Of a DNA stretch of 64,000 bases, positions 63,684 to 64,000 are shown piece by piece; the stretch's first letter is position 1, and each line of letters begins with the position of its first letter. Location: the NCBI GenBank assembly GCA_963745025.1, contig CAVUWD010000010.1, positions 93,794 through 157,793 of the forward strand, given 5' to 3'. The stretch comes from an uncultured delta proteobacterium. GTDB lineage: Bacteria > Desulfobacterota > Binatia > JACPRU01. The notes below the pieces were generated by a model. It was given only the letters and a program-made list of their open reading frames with translations, was not told the origin of the DNA and ran no database searches. The position numbers were made by a program, and so were the translations under genes.

Positions 63684-64000
63684 ATGACGATCCGCGAGCG
63701 CCTGCGCCGGCTCGATTGGCGCGCCCTCGAGGAGTCGCTCTGGGAGCGCGGCTACGCGCGGACGCCGCCTCTCTTGAGCGAGGAGGAGTGCCGGAGCTTG
63801 ATCGCGGCCTACGCAGACGAGGGGTGCTTCCGCAAGCACGTCGACATGGCGCGCCTTCGCTTTGGAGTGGGCGACTACCGATACTTCCGCGAGCCGCTGC
63901 CGCCGCTCGTTCAAGAGCTGCGCGTCCACGGCTATCGGCACCTCGCGCCGATCGCCAATCGCTGGCTCGAGGCCTACGGTGAGCGCCGTCGCTTTCCGGC
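63684..64000 (+). CDS. 2OG-Fe(II)-oxygenase-like protein (uncharacterised proline-hydroxylase-like family), 3' end cut by window edge
   Basis: My own translation from the ATG at 63684 is MTIRERLRRLDWRALEESLWERGYARTPPLLSEEECRSLIAAYADEGCFRKHVDMARLRFGVGDYRYFREPLPPLVQELRVHGYRHLAPIANRW... This N-terminal pattern recurs in a conserved bacterial 2OG-oxygenase family as I recall it. Confidence 0.5.
   Translation, partial: MTIRERLRRLDWRALEESLWERGYARTPPLLSEEECRSLIAAYADEGCFRKHVDMARLRFGVGDYRYFREPLPPLVQELRVHGYRHLAPIANRWLEAYGERRRFP

Overview
This is a very G+C-rich Gram-negative bacterial chromosome segment. It shows sigma-54/NtrC regulation, a Ccm system I, lipoboxes and many GTG/TTG starts, and I cannot assign a taxon from the sequence alone. 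About 60 genes are densely packed.

The left third is mostly metabolic and housekeeping:
- a cobalt-type nitrile hydratase operon in beta-alpha-activator order
- a TPP enzyme
- a histidine kinase/NtrC pair beside a sigma-54 promoter that appears to drive an aminotransferase / type III PKS / FAD-oxidoreductase / YceI / cytochrome c operon
- TetR plus a luciferase-like monooxygenase, Fpg, a tesA-ybbA-ybbP-like locus and a di-haem peroxidase

From about 31.9 kb onward the window becomes a c-type-cytochrome supercluster:
- haem genes hemN, ccmABCD, hemY and hemL
- a zinc-ribbon/TPR protein translationally coupled to an STT3/AglB-like oligosaccharyltransferase, followed by a second GT-C glycosyltransferase
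- a six-gene operon of NHL-propeller lipoprotein, 678-aa beta-barrel, NHL-propeller lipoprotein, 10-12-haem cytochrome and two tri-haem cytochromes
- a cytochrome/FeS/NrfD quinol-oxidoreductase module
- a large Cys-rich multihaem/PKD protein and a 4-haem paired-CXXCH cytochrome

The NHL/barrel/cytochrome operon is my best candidate for an undescribed system, possibly a new type of outer-membrane electron conduit.

Other oddities:
- a tRNA-Glu-like gene with perfect acceptor, D and T arms but a 60-nt structured insertion in the anticodon loop
- several frameshifted genes, some at homopolymers, so assembly indels and decay cannot be told apart here
- three low-G+C patches
- an ISNCY-like transposase remnant, a P-type ATPase fragment and an AAA-ATPase fragment

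All family calls come from reading motifs by eye. No database search was possible.
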